Source: Desulfatiglandales bacterium
GTDB taxonomy: Bacteria; Desulfobacterota; DSM-4660; Desulfatiglandales; HGW-15
Assembly (NCBI GenBank): GCA_963667015.2
Contig: CAXXJJ010000001.1
Location: 1,248,001-1,312,000, forward strand
Reading direction: 5' to 3'
DNA length: 64,000 nt
The position numbers and the translations under genes were made by a program. Of this stretch, positions 49,969 to 61,081 are shown in pieces. Each line of letters begins with the position of its first letter. Within the stretch, counting starts at the first letter, position 1. The notes beneath the pieces were generated by a model, which saw only the letters and a program-made list of their open reading frames with translations, was not told the origin of the DNA and searched no databases.

Positions 49969-50472
49969 TCAAGAGATTGCCTTAAAACGACTGGCTACAG
50001 CACCGCATACAGGACAGTTTTCAGGTATCTCGTTTTCCGCGATGTAACCGCATATCTGGCACACAAAGTAATCAGTTTCCCTGCCTTCCAGCATATCGTT
50101 CATCATGCGTTTATATAGCTGGGCGTGGCGGTCTTCAACATCCCTTGTCTGTGTAAGTGCCTTCATCACCGCATTGTTTGCCCCTTCTTCCTCTGCATCT
50201 TTAATTAGCTGCGGATATTCATCAGCGTTGGCCTTGATCTCATTTTCAAAGGCGGTTTTAAGGTTCTCTTCTGTTGAACCGATTTTGCCCCTCATGAGCA
50301 GCAGAAACCGGTTGGCATGAACTGACTCTGAATCGGCAACCGCTTTAAAAAGTTTGGCCGTATTTATATATTCTTCCTTTTCAGCCTTAAGAGCAAATGC
50401 AGAGTTTCGAAGTGATGCCTTTGATTCGGCGGCAAAGGCCTTTCCCAGATTTTTTTCGGTCTTTTCTCCCAA
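49969..50472 (-). CDS. Rubrerythrin-family protein
   Basis: AFAAES, E.VHA, E..H, CQICGY..CPVCG. Confidence 0.9.
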   Translation of the reverse strand: MGEKTEKNLGKAFAAESKASLRNSAFALKAEKEEYINTAKLFKAVADSESVHANRFLLLMRGKIGSTEENLKTAFENEIKANADEYPQLIKDAEEEGANNAVMKALTQTRDVEDRHAQLYKRMMNDMLEGRETDYFVCQICGYIAENEIPENCPVCGAVASRFKAIS

Positions 50473-50577
50473 TTCTATTACCTTTCTTTTTGTGTAATAT
50501 TGATTTGAAGCTTGCTTTTTATTATATTAAAAGCATATTTTTACATCTATTCCAATATAAAATATTTGAAGGTGCAA

Positions 50578-50886
50578 ATGGCCAAAGAATACTGGACAGT
50601 TTCCGAAGTAATAGAAATCTTTCAAATGGATGAGGGTATTATTTCATACCTCGAAGAGGAAGAAATAGTCTGCCCCGAATGTTTTGATGTTCAACCTACA
50701 AAGCGTTTTTCTGCGATTGAACTTGATAAACTGCGCCTTGTAAAAGTACTTATGGAAGATATGGAAGTAAATCTTCCCGGTGTTGAGGTCATATTAAGAA
50801 TGAGGCAGAGCATGATTCAAATGCGGCAGCAGTTTGATGATATCCTTGAGGATCTTGCCTCTCAGTTTAAAGAAAGTCTGAAATAA
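50578..50886 (+). CDS. CbpM/HspR-like MerR-type chaperone modulator
   Basis: L.EDMEVNLPGVEVIL.MR; next to dnaJ; start refined to MAKEYW. Confidence 0.75.
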   Translation: MAKEYWTVSEVIEIFQMDEGIISYLEEEEIVCPECFDVQPTKRFSAIELDKLRLVKVLMEDMEVNLPGVEVILRMRQSMIQMRQQFDDILEDLASQFKESLK

Positions 50887-50893
50887 ATGTGAG

Positions 50894-52060
50894 TTACAGT
50901 TTTAAATTTTTCCTCACATCTTCTTTGTAGTACTCATCCAGCTTTTTAGCCGCATTCATAAGTTCCTCATCGTATGCCTTTGGAACCTTGACAATGAGCT
51001 TAACCATCATGTCACCCCTCGCACCGGTCTTAAGGTTAAATGCTCCCTTACCCTTAAGTCTCAGGCTCTGCCCGCTCTGACTTCCCTTTGGAATCTTAAG
51101 GTTTACTGTTCCCTCAATTGTCGGCACCGGGACTGTTCCACCGGAAATCGCCTCATTTACTGTCACCGGTACTTCAAGAAACAGATCATCATTTTCGCGA
51201 CGAAGTGTATCATGCGGTTTTATATGTATAATCAGGTAAAGGTCTCCAGGTTTTCCTCCATTAAAGCCGGGCTCGCCCTTTCCGGAAACTCGAACCCTGC
51301 TCCCCTCTTTAACCCCTTTTGGTATTGTTACCCTTATTCTTTCCGTTGCATATACCTGGCCCTGCCCGGAACATTGAGGGCATGGCTTACCGGTACTCCC
51401 ATGGCCATGACACTGAGGGCACTCCTTTGTAAAATTAACAGGCCCATTGGCTACTTTGAGCCTGCCTGATCCACCGCATGTGCTGCATTGAGTCATGCCT
51501 GATTTGGGATCGATCCCTGAACCTTTGCACAACTGGCACGGTTTCATCTTCTGCATGGAGAGTTCGGTCTCAAAACCTTTAAGGGCAGAGATAAGGTCTA
51601 TGGTCATTTCATGCTCCATATCCCTTCCCCTGGAACTCATACTGCTCCTGAAATCATAACCGGGCCGGGCCCCCTCGCGGGAGCTGAAAAGATCTCCAAA
51701 CAGGTCTTCATAGCTCTGGTACTTACCAAAGTCCTGACCGGACCAGCCCCCAGCCCCTCCTGCCGATGATTGACGTGCTCCCTGTTGATAGGCTCCCCAT
51801 TTTTTATATTCCCGTGCCTTCTCGGCATCAAATCCGGTGTTAAGGCTGTCCTCGCCGAATTCATCGTAGAGTTTCCTCTTTTCTGTATTCCCAAGGCAGT
51901 CATAGGCAGCAGAAATATCCTTAAACTTTTGTTCCGCTTCTTTGTTCCCCGGATTGATGTCAGGGTGCCATTTCCTGGCAAGTTTCCGATAGGCCTTTTT
52001 TATCTCGTCCTGGGCGGCGTCTTTTTTTACTCCAAGTATTTTGTAATAGTCTTCAGCCAT
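50894..52060 (-). CDS. dnaJ: DnaJ chaperone (J domain, Zn finger, C-terminal domain)
   Basis: DYY.ILGV, HPD, four CxxCxGxG motifs, GDL, LRLKGKG. Confidence 0.92.
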   Translation of the reverse strand: MAEDYYKILGVKKDAAQDEIKKAYRKLARKWHPDINPGNKEAEQKFKDISAAYDCLGNTEKRKLYDEFGEDSLNTGFDAEKAREYKKWGAYQQGARQSSAGGAGGWSGQDFGKYQSYEDLFGDLFSSREGARPGYDFRSSMSSRGRDMEHEMTIDLISALKGFETELSMQKMKPCQLCKGSGIDPKSGMTQCSTCGGSGRLKVANGPVNFTKECPQCHGHGSTGKPCPQCSGQGQVYATERIRVTIPKGVKEGSRVRVSGKGEPGFNGGKPGDLYLIIHIKPHDTLRRENDDLFLEVPVTVNEAISGGTVPVPTIEGTVNLKIPKGSQSGQSLRLKGKGAFNLKTGARGDMMVKLIVKVPKAYDEELMNAAKKLDEYYKEDVRKNLKL

Positions 52061-52500
52061 TTTATATATTTCTCTGTTTTCAGGTTTTCAGTATTTCTAG
52101 AAATTTGGTGTTTGGTTTATCTTGAACTTATAAAATTATAAACATTAATGCCTGTTAATGCAAAATTAGCATATTGAATCTTTTGCCGCAATATTATCAC
52201 ACTCCGGATACCAATTAAAAGTTCCAAAATGTTTAAAACTATTGAGATGGGACGTGTAAATAAAAAAGCCCATTCAAATGAATGGACTCTGAGATTTTGG
52301 TTTGACTCCCCGAATCGGAAGAGTCCGGGCAATGGGAAGAGCGATTAGAGCTATGCAAACCTGGATAATATTCAGATTACTTTTACAAATCACATACTTT
52401 TCGAAACTGGCAAAAGTTATTACTTATAGCAGTAGTCTATACTTAGTAACGTTGTGCTCAGGGACAGTGTGTTTTTTACGCTGTCACCCAAAGCAAATGA

Positions 52501-53061
52501 TTAGGCATTATCTTGCCCTGTCCATTCTGGCAACGCTTTTCCGGTAAGTTCTGCTATTTTTCGATTCCTGTTATCACGTACCGTAATTTTCTCGTTAATA
52601 AACTCAACAGCCTCATGATCTCGCATTATCTGCACATAATTCTTAAGTTTGTGTGCATTACCTATAATGCCGCCGGATTGCTTTTTTGAACCACCATCAT
52701 TTGTAATTAAAATCGCGTTCCACTTTTTTGCATCGCAAACTATCTTCACATCATTTTTCTGATTTTCGTCTTTGACACCATCTGGGAATAATGCATTAGC
52801 CACCATTTGATAGATTGGACTCATCTCATTTACGGATTCATCAACAAGTGTAAAGATTTGAGCCAATGTCTTTTTAGTTCTCTTAGCATTGTTTCCTTGT
52901 TGAGCTTCGTTGAAGCTAACATTTGACATGTTAATTAGGATGATTTCGTTTTCAGCCCATTTTTCCAATTGACTCATTGATGGCAGCTTGCCATAGGCGT
53001 TAATCATGTTCGTGTCGATATGAAAAATAGGTGTATATAACATTCTCCTTTTCATATCCAT
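52501..53061 (-). CDS. PIN-like domain cassette protein
   Basis: HIDTN, E, NDVKIV, LITND acidic pattern; stop codon lies inside the attC R'' box. Confidence 0.6.
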   Translation of the reverse strand: MDMKRRMLYTPIFHIDTNMINAYGKLPSMSQLEKWAENEIILINMSNVSFNEAQQGNNAKRTKKTLAQIFTLVDESVNEMSPIYQMVANALFPDGVKDENQKNDVKIVCDAKKWNAILITNDGGSKKQSGGIIGNAHKLKNYVQIMRDHEAVEFINEKITVRDNRNRKIAELTGKALPEWTGQDNA

Positions 53062-53185
53062 GTTCAGTTCTCCACTCTTCTATGCCTACCTGATAACCGG
53101 TTTGGCAAGCTTTTCGCCAAATCCGGTTGATTAGATTGTTGGCAAAATATAATTGAATTCATGCGATTAAAACCACTGTGTTTTT

Positions 53186-53470
53186 CTACTTCCTTAACTT
53201 GTCTATCATCCTTCGCAGTTTAGAATCTGTCTTTTCAGTTCCAACTCTTCCTGGAAAATCCTCTAATTCCTCCCGTGAGAATGACTCTTTTACAGACTTC
53301 CCATTTTTTAATTTAAGCTCTAGAATGTGATTTTCGCGGGCATCAATTCCTTGCCTTTGATTCCATATATATTCATCAATTTCAGTGCCTTTCTCGATTG
53401 CAATTGTGTTTGCTCTCGAAAATATTAATTTAGCACCCTCCATACGTTCTGCTTGACTATCTTCTGACAT
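53186..53470 (-). CDS. Hypothetical cassette protein
   Basis: Start refined to MSEDSQ after SD AGGAG, just inside the attC GTT. Confidence 0.6.
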   Translation of the reverse strand: MSEDSQAERMEGAKLIFSRANTIAIEKGTEIDEYIWNQRQGIDARENHILELKLKNGKSVKESFSREELEDFPGRVGTEKTDSKLRRMIDKLRK

Positions 53471-53618
53471 AAGAGGTCTCCTCATTTCTTGCCAACGAAA
53501 AATTAACAAGCGTGCGGTGCCTGCCATTAAAGGTTCTAAATATTGCAAACCTTATTAGGTCGATTCGGCAAGATGGTAGCACGTCTTGTTGAATGCCATG
53601 TTAGAGCTTTACCAAGAC

Positions 53619-54353
53619 TCACCCTTTAAAAATAGCCTCTGGAATTATTGTGTTTTCAGCAGGCCTTAAGTATAAATTTAGCTCTGTTAAGTAATGTCGA
53701 AGAGAGTTTTGGTATAGTTCAAGTACCGGATTCATAGCGTTCCAATAATTTTTATTGGACTCATTGCCAGATTCCACTGCTTGCTCAACCCAGCTCCGGT
53801 CGCCCGACTTATGTGCCGCCTCTTCTTCAAGAATGTTTATCTTCAATTTTCCAAAATGTTTCTTTAAAACTTTTCTTGCTTCCAATGCTTGAACAAGAAC
53901 TTTTTCAGCGAGTATACGTAACTTGTTTTCGTTTTCGAAATAAACGACAATACGTTGATAACTTATTACAAGATTAAACACATTTTTAAGAAAAGATTCT
54001 TGATATAAAAACAGAGAGTTACCATTATCCATCGGAAAATCGCCAAAATTTACAGCCAGTTTTTCGTAATAAAATTCTGTCGCTAGATCATAAAATCTCA
54101 AAACTTCCGACTGTTGTCTGTTCGAAAATGATTTTCGTTGGTCATAGGCAGACTTAACAGATACTTTGATTTCTTCTAACTGAGCAGAATATTGTACTTT
54201 AACCTGCTCAATCTTTTGTGTGATATCTTTGATATCCTCTTTAGTTGCTAAATTTTCACCTTTTTTATGGAAGTATGCTGGAAAGTAACTTTTGAAAATA
54301 TAGCCAAGTGCCACCAGTATTATTACCTGAAGTCCAATTAAAAGTGTGTCCAT
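53619..54353 (-). CDS. Hypothetical cassette protein with N-terminal TM and coiled coil
   Basis: TM then Y..KKGENLATKEDI..IT..IE.VK. Confidence 0.7.
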   Translation of the reverse strand: MDTLLIGLQVIILVALGYIFKSYFPAYFHKKGENLATKEDIKDITQKIEQVKVQYSAQLEEIKVSVKSAYDQRKSFSNRQQSEVLRFYDLATEFYYEKLAVNFGDFPMDNGNSLFLYQESFLKNVFNLVISYQRIVVYFENENKLRILAEKVLVQALEARKVLKKHFGKLKINILEEEAAHKSGDRSWVEQAVESGNESNKNYWNAMNPVLELYQNSLRHYLTELNLYLRPAENTIIPEAIFKG

Positions 54354-54637
54354 TAAATAAGTTCCTTATATTTATTATTGTTCGGTTCACATCATGGTTT
54401 TGCCCTAACAAGTTATTGCGCAGTTCTGTATATCTTTACAAATTAAATGATATGCAGAAAGATTGTTTTAAGGTTGATATTTAGATTACTTGCCAAAGTC
54501 TTTAAAACAGTGAAAGTTGAGATTACGAATATAAATAAAAAGATCAACGTTGTTTTTTGAGTTAATTAGTTTTTTATGGATGGCCCAATCTCCACCGGAT
54601 ATTATTTTGTCAAAAATGAAGGTCTGACCCTGCTTCT

Positions 54638-55171
54638 TCATGACTGGCATGGTTTCATCTTCTGCATGGAGAGCTCTGTTTCAAAACCTTTGAGAGCAGA
54701 GATAAGGTCAATGGTCATTTCATGCTCCATATCCCTTCCCCTGGAGCTCATATTGCTTCTGAAATCATATCCGGCGCTTCCTGCCCCACCCGCGCCTCGC
54801 GAGCTGAAAAGGTCACCGAACAGGTCTTCATAGCTCTGGTATCTGCCGAAGTCCTGACCTGACCAGCCTCCACCGGATGAAGCTCCGGCCTGCTGCTCAT
54901 AAGCTCCCCATTTTTTATATTCCCGAGCCTTTTCAGCATCAAATCCGGTATTAAGGCTGTCTTCACCGAATTCGTCGTAAAGTTTTCGCTTTTCTGCATT
55001 ACCCAGACAATCATAGGCTGCCGAGATATCCTTAAACTTTTGTTCAGCTTCCTTATTACCGGGATTTATATCCGGGTGCCATTTGCGGGCAAGCTTCCGA
55101 TAGGCTTTTTTAATCTCATCATGGGAAGCGTCCTTTTTTACACCAAGTATTTTGTAAAAGTCTTCTGCCAT
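54638..55171 (-). pseudogene. Truncated diverged dnaJ copy (J domain and G/F region only)
   Basis: Aligns with 50894-52060 up to MKPCQ, then TGA. Confidence 0.85.
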
Positions 55172-55584
55172 TTTATATTTTTCTCTAGTTTCATGTTTTC
55201 CAAGTTTTTGTAATTTGGTGCTTGGTTTATCTTAGATTGATTAAAATATAATCATTAATGATTATTATTGCAAAATTAACACATTGAATTATCTGCCGCA
55301 ATATTATTATGATTCAGGAATAATATCAAAATATTGTTGAATGTTTTAAGGTTATGGAGATGTGATTTAGCAATAAAAAAAGCCTGTTTAAAAAACAGGC
55401 TTTGGGTATTCTTTTGGCTCCCCGAGACGGAAAAATCTGGGCAATGGGAAGAAAAAAGTTAGTTCCATAATTAAGTGATTGTATCAAGTTTACCTGTTGT
55501 TAAATGTGCGCATCCAGTCTTATAGGTAGTTGGTGTCAAATTGTTCTACTTCTAATATAATATTTCTCGAAAACTCTTTGTAGC

Positions 55585-58500
55585 CTATTTTTGAATTTTA
55601 CTTACTACCTTGTTTGGCGTCGTTTTTTCGAATGAGCATTTTGAAACATGCATGCCCTCAGTGATTGAATTATGCATTTCACAACCATCAAAATCTACGC
55701 CTATGCACATTGAATTTCTCCAGTTGCACAACTTGAGATTAGATCCAGCAAACATTGATCCTTCTATCCGTGTACCTTCCAAACAGACTCCTTCAAGGTC
55801 ACAACGCGCAAAAGCTATTACGGGGAGGTAGACGTCACGAAGGTCGATACTTCTTAAAAATGATCCTACAGGAAATACAAAATCTGGATGCCACCCAGCA
55901 GCATTGATTCTTGAAATGTAGTTCATAAAATATTGCCCATTAGGGCCTGACGGAGCGAATCTTACAACCCAAGCTCCATTAAGCTTATCAAGTGACTGAT
56001 AACGGCGCACAGCAGATCGAAGGTCAGATTCTGAATTGTCGAAGCTTTCCCATTTTCCTATGTTTCCTGGAGGAATAGCCAAGTAGTGATGTACAAGTGT
56101 ACACAACTTAAAAAGGCCATCTCCTAGGTGACTGTCTATTGATATTGTTCTGGGCGCTGTTGGGACTTCCCCTTTGGGCAAATCTTGTGGCATTGCCCAG
56201 TGGACAAGGTCGTTTGCATAAGGCTCTACCCAACCAGATATTCTCTTTCCAAGATATTTGGGTTGTATTCTTAGGTGTACGCCCTCACCCCACCAATTCC
56301 AGAGGTCAGCAAGTCCATTAGCAACACGTCTCCATTCAAGAAGTGAGAGAGGCAACGTAGTGGAACCGAGGTCATGTTCCTCATCCTTACCATGTGCTCT
56401 AGCTAATTCCCATTTTATTAAGCCATGTATAAAAACATTGACTTCTTTTGTTAACCATTGTGGAGCTAAGAGAGATCCAAGTCGACGGCTGAAACTATAG
56501 CGAGGATCATCGATTTTAAAATCTGTTCCATAACTATTATATGACTGTTCAGGTAAATCATCGGGAGTGTTGCGAGCATATACCTTCAAGGCATCCACCA
56601 CTGCTTCGGCAAAAAGGAATTCACGGAAGGACTTGTGTAAAAACTCTGCACCAAGCTCTGTGCGACCACCTTTAAAAAAAGAAGTTAATCATCAAACTTG
56701 TTACAGGATGCTCTTTCGTTACCCGTTGCACACGTTCAAGAAGTTCATCATTCATTTGTGAAATACGGCTATCTAATTCATCGTAAGGAATGCTATCCTT
56801 ACCAAAGACAGTCATAGCTGATGCAGTCTCATGGAGTAGGTCCCGAAGGTTTTCACCGGACATTCCTGGTTCATATACTGCATTACCATACCTGCCACCC
56901 TTCTCGCAGGTGAGATTAGTTAGTTGGCGATATAGCGTTGTTGGATTCTCAACTACTGGTGTAAGATCAGTGTCAGGCCAGCGCACCATGAGTCGGACAG
57001 CGAGATGAGTGAGTAAAGGAAGTCCAAGAACTTCCATGGTAGTATGCTCATCATAAGTAGTGACATTTTCATCATTCATTTTTTTATATTCAGATGCATA
57101 GTGTGATAAAAGAGTGTCAAAGCGACTAGGTTCTGCTTTCTCAGGATCATTTGGATTTACTAGCCGTGCAGATAGGTTATAAATTAAATATTTTAAAGCA
57201 GGAGGAGCTAGGGGCCTTATTGTTATTAGTCGGGTTTGCTTAGTTAAGAAAGAGCTAGCAGCCACAGTGTTAGAGGGCCGTCCAGTGAGAATAATACGAA
57301 TGATTGGTCGATTTATGCGATTAAGGAACCGATCACGGATTTGGCTTAAAATCTCATTAATTCGAACAGCAAAGCCTTTCTGTGCCGCTACACTGACTTC
57401 ATCCCAGCCGTCAAGAATTAGGACATAAGGGCAGATGGTAGCATTTTTAAACTTTACTGATTGATCAAAAAGCGCCATATTAAGAAAAAGCTCATCTGGA
57501 CGAGCAGGAGGAAGGTCGTCATAACGTTGATCTGGATCCCAAAACCGCACAGCTTCCGGCAGGGCATCCTCGATGTTGATTGCATGGAGTGGGATATCTC
57601 TGAATCGGATGCGTATGGGCATTAAGCCCGACCGCTGCAATTCCATAGCAAGTCGCAATGTGAATGCCGATTTCCCAGATCCCGCAGGTCCTTGAACAAC
57701 AATTGCATCTCGGAATGATTTTTCTCCGATTAAATTCATTACTGATGTAAGCAAGTCATGCCTACCGCCGCAGGCTTCGTGAAAAGGATCAGATTTCCGG
57801 TGGTGAGATTTTTGCGTTTGTTGAGTGGTGGTGTTTACGTTCTGTTCATTTTTTGCCATGTCCCACAGTTCTCCGCAAGAAATTAATCCACATTCAGTTT
57901 CAACGTAAATTTCAGAAAGAGAAAATGGTTCTTCTCCAAAAACGTAGGCTTCTTCAAATTGGTATCGTTGAAATTCAATATGATCTTGCCACGCTTCCCA
58001 TACTCTTGTTTCAAGGTCACCATACTGGATAGCTTCCAAGAAGGCTGCGTATTTTTCACGAGTTTGCGGGTGTGAGACGAGTGCTTTCAAGCAGCCTGGA
58101 AATCGAATGACGACCTCATTCTGTATTTTCCTAATTTCACTTTTACTATAGCCTGCAACCTCCATTGACTCGATCAGAAGATCGATAGAATTCTTTAAAA
58201 ATGGGTGATTGAATGGATCAGACCTAGAGTAGTTATTAAATAATAAACTCTCCCCTGGTGCAGAAATAATTTTACTCGGAACCCAGCTAGGATCTTTATT
58301 GGATTTATTTGAAGGAGGGCCAACTGTCAGAAGAGCTTTCTCGACTGAACGTTGAAAAGCAGTAGTGAAAGCAATATATGCAAGTTGATTTGGATCCTTT
58401 ATCTTTCCTAATTTACTTGCTAAACTAATTAAGAATTTAATTGGCGGTGCAGCTTCGGCAGCTGATGCTGCAACTACTTGTAGCCACCAAGGAGTACATT

Positions 58501-58651
58501 CTGAGATAGCCTTCAGAAATTCAATCTTTTCTGTTGCTTTCACAATATCGTTTAAAAACTCACTAACAGTTTTTAAGCAACCCGTTGTTTTAGCAATGGA
58601 CTCCTGTTCCTTTGTAGTAAGACCAAGAATTTTTACCAACTTCGAAGTCAT
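55585..58651 (-). CDS. NACHT NTPase with C-terminal pentapeptide repeats, frameshifted at an A7 tract
   Basis: GPAGSGKS, LILDGWDE, ILTGRP, LPLL; removing one base at 56674-80 gives INFFFKGG..EFLHKSFREFLFAE joining the downstream ORF. Confidence 0.82.
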
Positions 58652-59240
58652 TATTGTCCTCCAAATCTCATTCTAAACTAAGAGTAATAAATATTATTTG
58701 CATTTATTAAATCTGGATTTATTTAAAATAATTTATTTCAGTAACGCGGGGAGGTAAAAATACATAGTGTAATTAAATAATATTATTAAGTTAGAGATAA
58801 CTATGATTTCTTAGTGATAAATAAGAATGATTTGTTAAAGTATATTAAACAGTTCTGGGAAATAATCAAGAGGAAAAGAAAAAAGTTGTCAATGGTTTTT
58901 GCTGAATTGACTGTAATCCTAATTATCTCTCAGCAGGTTTTTAAGATATTACTTTTTAATGCAAGATTTCTCCTGGAGTTTATCCCGCTGTATTTTAGCG
59001 GGAGTCGAAATGACTGTGCACAATAATTTAGTAGATAGGACATAGCCTGTGCGCGGGTATGACGACTTATCTTTGAATTGTAGCTTTCAACAGATACTCT
59101 GCTCGTATTAAGTATAGAGGTATGATGTTTTAGTCCTTTATTGAATAGGCTAATTATAATTAAAACAATAAATTAACAATAATATTGCACTATATCGAAA
59201 GTCATGTTATAGTGCGTAAAAATGTTAATAAGGCGTAGGT

Positions 59241-60224
59241 ATGGAATATATAGCAAATAACCTTGTGAGATATTTAAAAGATACACTGGATATAGATGTT
59301 CAGCCCCAAAAATGGGAGGATACGAGTAAGTTACCCATATTCCTGCGTAACACGTATGATTTTTTTGAAGTTCATATTTTGGGAAAACTCTGTCTGATCA
59401 TGGCCGCAAAGGAAAAGGTAGAGCAAACTCCAGCAACTGTCCGGAAACACATGCTTCAGGTAGCGAAGAAGTGGAATGATGAGATTATCTATTTGCACCG
59501 GAAAGTGACAGCATATAATCGGAAGAGGTTGATTCAGCAAAAAATTCCCTTCATTGTACCTTTAAACCAAATGTACCTTCCGTTTATAGGTATTGATCTG
59601 CGGGAACATTTTAAAAATATCCGGGAAAAAGAAAATAGTTACAGCCCATCCACACAGGTGGTTGTGTTAGATTATTTAAACAACAATTCTCAATTTCGTA
59701 CGACACCCAATGTTTTGGCGAAAAAACTTGGTTACAGCATCATGACAATGACCAGGGCGTTCGATGAATTGCAGGGTTTTGGAGTTTGTTCAATATCCAT
59801 GGAAGGCCGTGAAAGGGTCCTTAAGTTTAATTCAGATAAAAGAGAAGTCTGGGAGATAGTACTTAAAAAAATGTGCAGCCCGGTTAAGAAGAGGTTACTG
59901 GTTAAAGCCTCTTCCATAAAGTTTACAGGAATTAAAGCAGGGCTGACCGCTTTAGGGTACTATTCCAATCTGGCGGAACCGATGAATTCGGTATATGCAT
60001 TGAGCTCAAAACAATGGAAAGAGTTTAAAATTAAAAAAGATGCAATGATTCTTGATATTCCGGAATCCAATGCCTGTGAATTAGAAATCTGGAGTTATTC
60101 ACCCAGGCTGTTTGAGAAGAATGGGGTAGTGGACAGGTTCTCCCTTTTCTTGAGCTTGAAGAATAATAATGATGAACGTGTCCAATCAGCGCTTGATAAA
60201 ATGATGGAGGAAGCTGAATGGTAA
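59241..60224 (+). CDS. HTH-containing protein, putative AbiEi-like antitoxin
   Basis: R.RLI...IPFIVP..Q.YLPF, HTH LAKKLGYS.MT.TRAFDEL, D..SL.LSL...DERV. Confidence 0.6.
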   Translation: MEYIANNLVRYLKDTLDIDVQPQKWEDTSKLPIFLRNTYDFFEVHILGKLCLIMAAKEKVEQTPATVRKHMLQVAKKWNDEIIYLHRKVTAYNRKRLIQQKIPFIVPLNQMYLPFIGIDLREHFKNIREKENSYSPSTQVVVLDYLNNNSQFRTTPNVLAKKLGYSIMTMTRAFDELQGFGVCSISMEGRERVLKFNSDKREVWEIVLKKMCSPVKKRLLVKASSIKFTGIKAGLTALGYYSNLAEPMNSVYALSSKQWKEFKIKKDAMILDIPESNACELEIWSYSPRLFEKNGVVDRFSLFLSLKNNNDERVQSALDKMMEEAEW

Positions 60225-60982
60225 AAGGGATTGATCAGTTCAGTATTCATTTTAAGGATTTTAAAGACAGGTATGTACTAATTGGCGGGGCGGCTTGCTT
60301 TCTTGTCCTGGATGAGGCCGGGCTTGAATTTAGGGCTACAAAGGATCTGGACATTGTACTGTGTCTGGAAGTTCTGGATACTGAGTATGCAAAGGCTTTT
60401 TGGGATTTTGTAAAACGCGGTAAATATAAAAATACTCAGAAGAGTACAGGTAAAAAGCTTTTTTACCGATTCTATGATCCTGAAGATGATTTATTTCCAT
60501 ATATGTTAGAACTTTTTTCACGTATTCCGGATGTTTTACAAATTGATGATGAAACCCATTTAACTCCTGTTCCGATGGGTGAGGAACAGTCCAGTCTTTC
60601 AGCTATTCTGCTTGAAAATGCTTACTACAATTTTATTCATAACTCTAAAATTGATATTGAAGGAATTCCGACCATTCCCCCTGAAGTCATTGTCCCTTTA
60701 AAAGCAAAGGCCTGGCTGGATCTAATTAAAACACGAGAAGCCGGTGATTCAGTGGATAGTAATGATATAAAAAAACATAAAAATGATGTCTTTAGGCTTT
60801 TCCAAATTATTGATCCTGATACCCGTATCACCCTGCCCGATATAATTAAAGATGATATGCAGCAGTTTCTGGAGGGGTTAATAACTGAACCGCCAAAAAG
60901 CCTAAAGCCATTTGGGCTAGGCGATACTAAATTAAATGAGATCATTGAATTGATACAGACTATTTATGGGCTGAAAAGATAA
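60218..60982 (+). CDS. Nucleotidyltransferase, putative AbiEii-like toxin
   Basis: YVLIGG.AC, RATKDLDIVL, LKAKAW.DL, KH.NDVFRL; overlaps upstream gene. Confidence 0.68.
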   Translation: MVKGIDQFSIHFKDFKDRYVLIGGAACFLVLDEAGLEFRATKDLDIVLCLEVLDTEYAKAFWDFVKRGKYKNTQKSTGKKLFYRFYDPEDDLFPYMLELFSRIPDVLQIDDETHLTPVPMGEEQSSLSAILLENAYYNFIHNSKIDIEGIPTIPPEVIVPLKAKAWLDLIKTREAGDSVDSNDIKKHKNDVFRLFQIIDPDTRITLPDIIKDDMQQFLEGLITEPPKSLKPFGLGDTKLNEIIELIQTIYGLKR

Positions 60983-61081
60983 GGAGTTTTTAATTATCTG
61001 CTTTGAATTTTTTTACTTTAAGGCCCTGTAAAAGTTTGTAGTGTTTATCGTTACCTGTTGGGTTGCTTCACTTAACCCAAC

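Larger units (their letters stand above)
52444..54430 (-). mobile_element. Integron cassette array without integrase (three cassettes, attI-like start)
   Basis: attC-like palindromes at 53490-53606, 53084-53144, 52444-52506; GTTAGGGC entry site at 54409-54402. Confidence 0.72.

Noticed and set aside
52060..52300. CIRCE or HAIR operator upstream of dnaJ
   Set aside because: No convincing match found in either copy.
54576..54833. Plus-strand ORF divergent from the attI-like site, considered as intI
   Set aside because: No tyrosine-recombinase motifs; mostly antisense to the dnaJ fragment.
58814..59026. 70-aa plus-strand ORF
   Set aside because: AT-rich intergenic region, GTG start, no motif.
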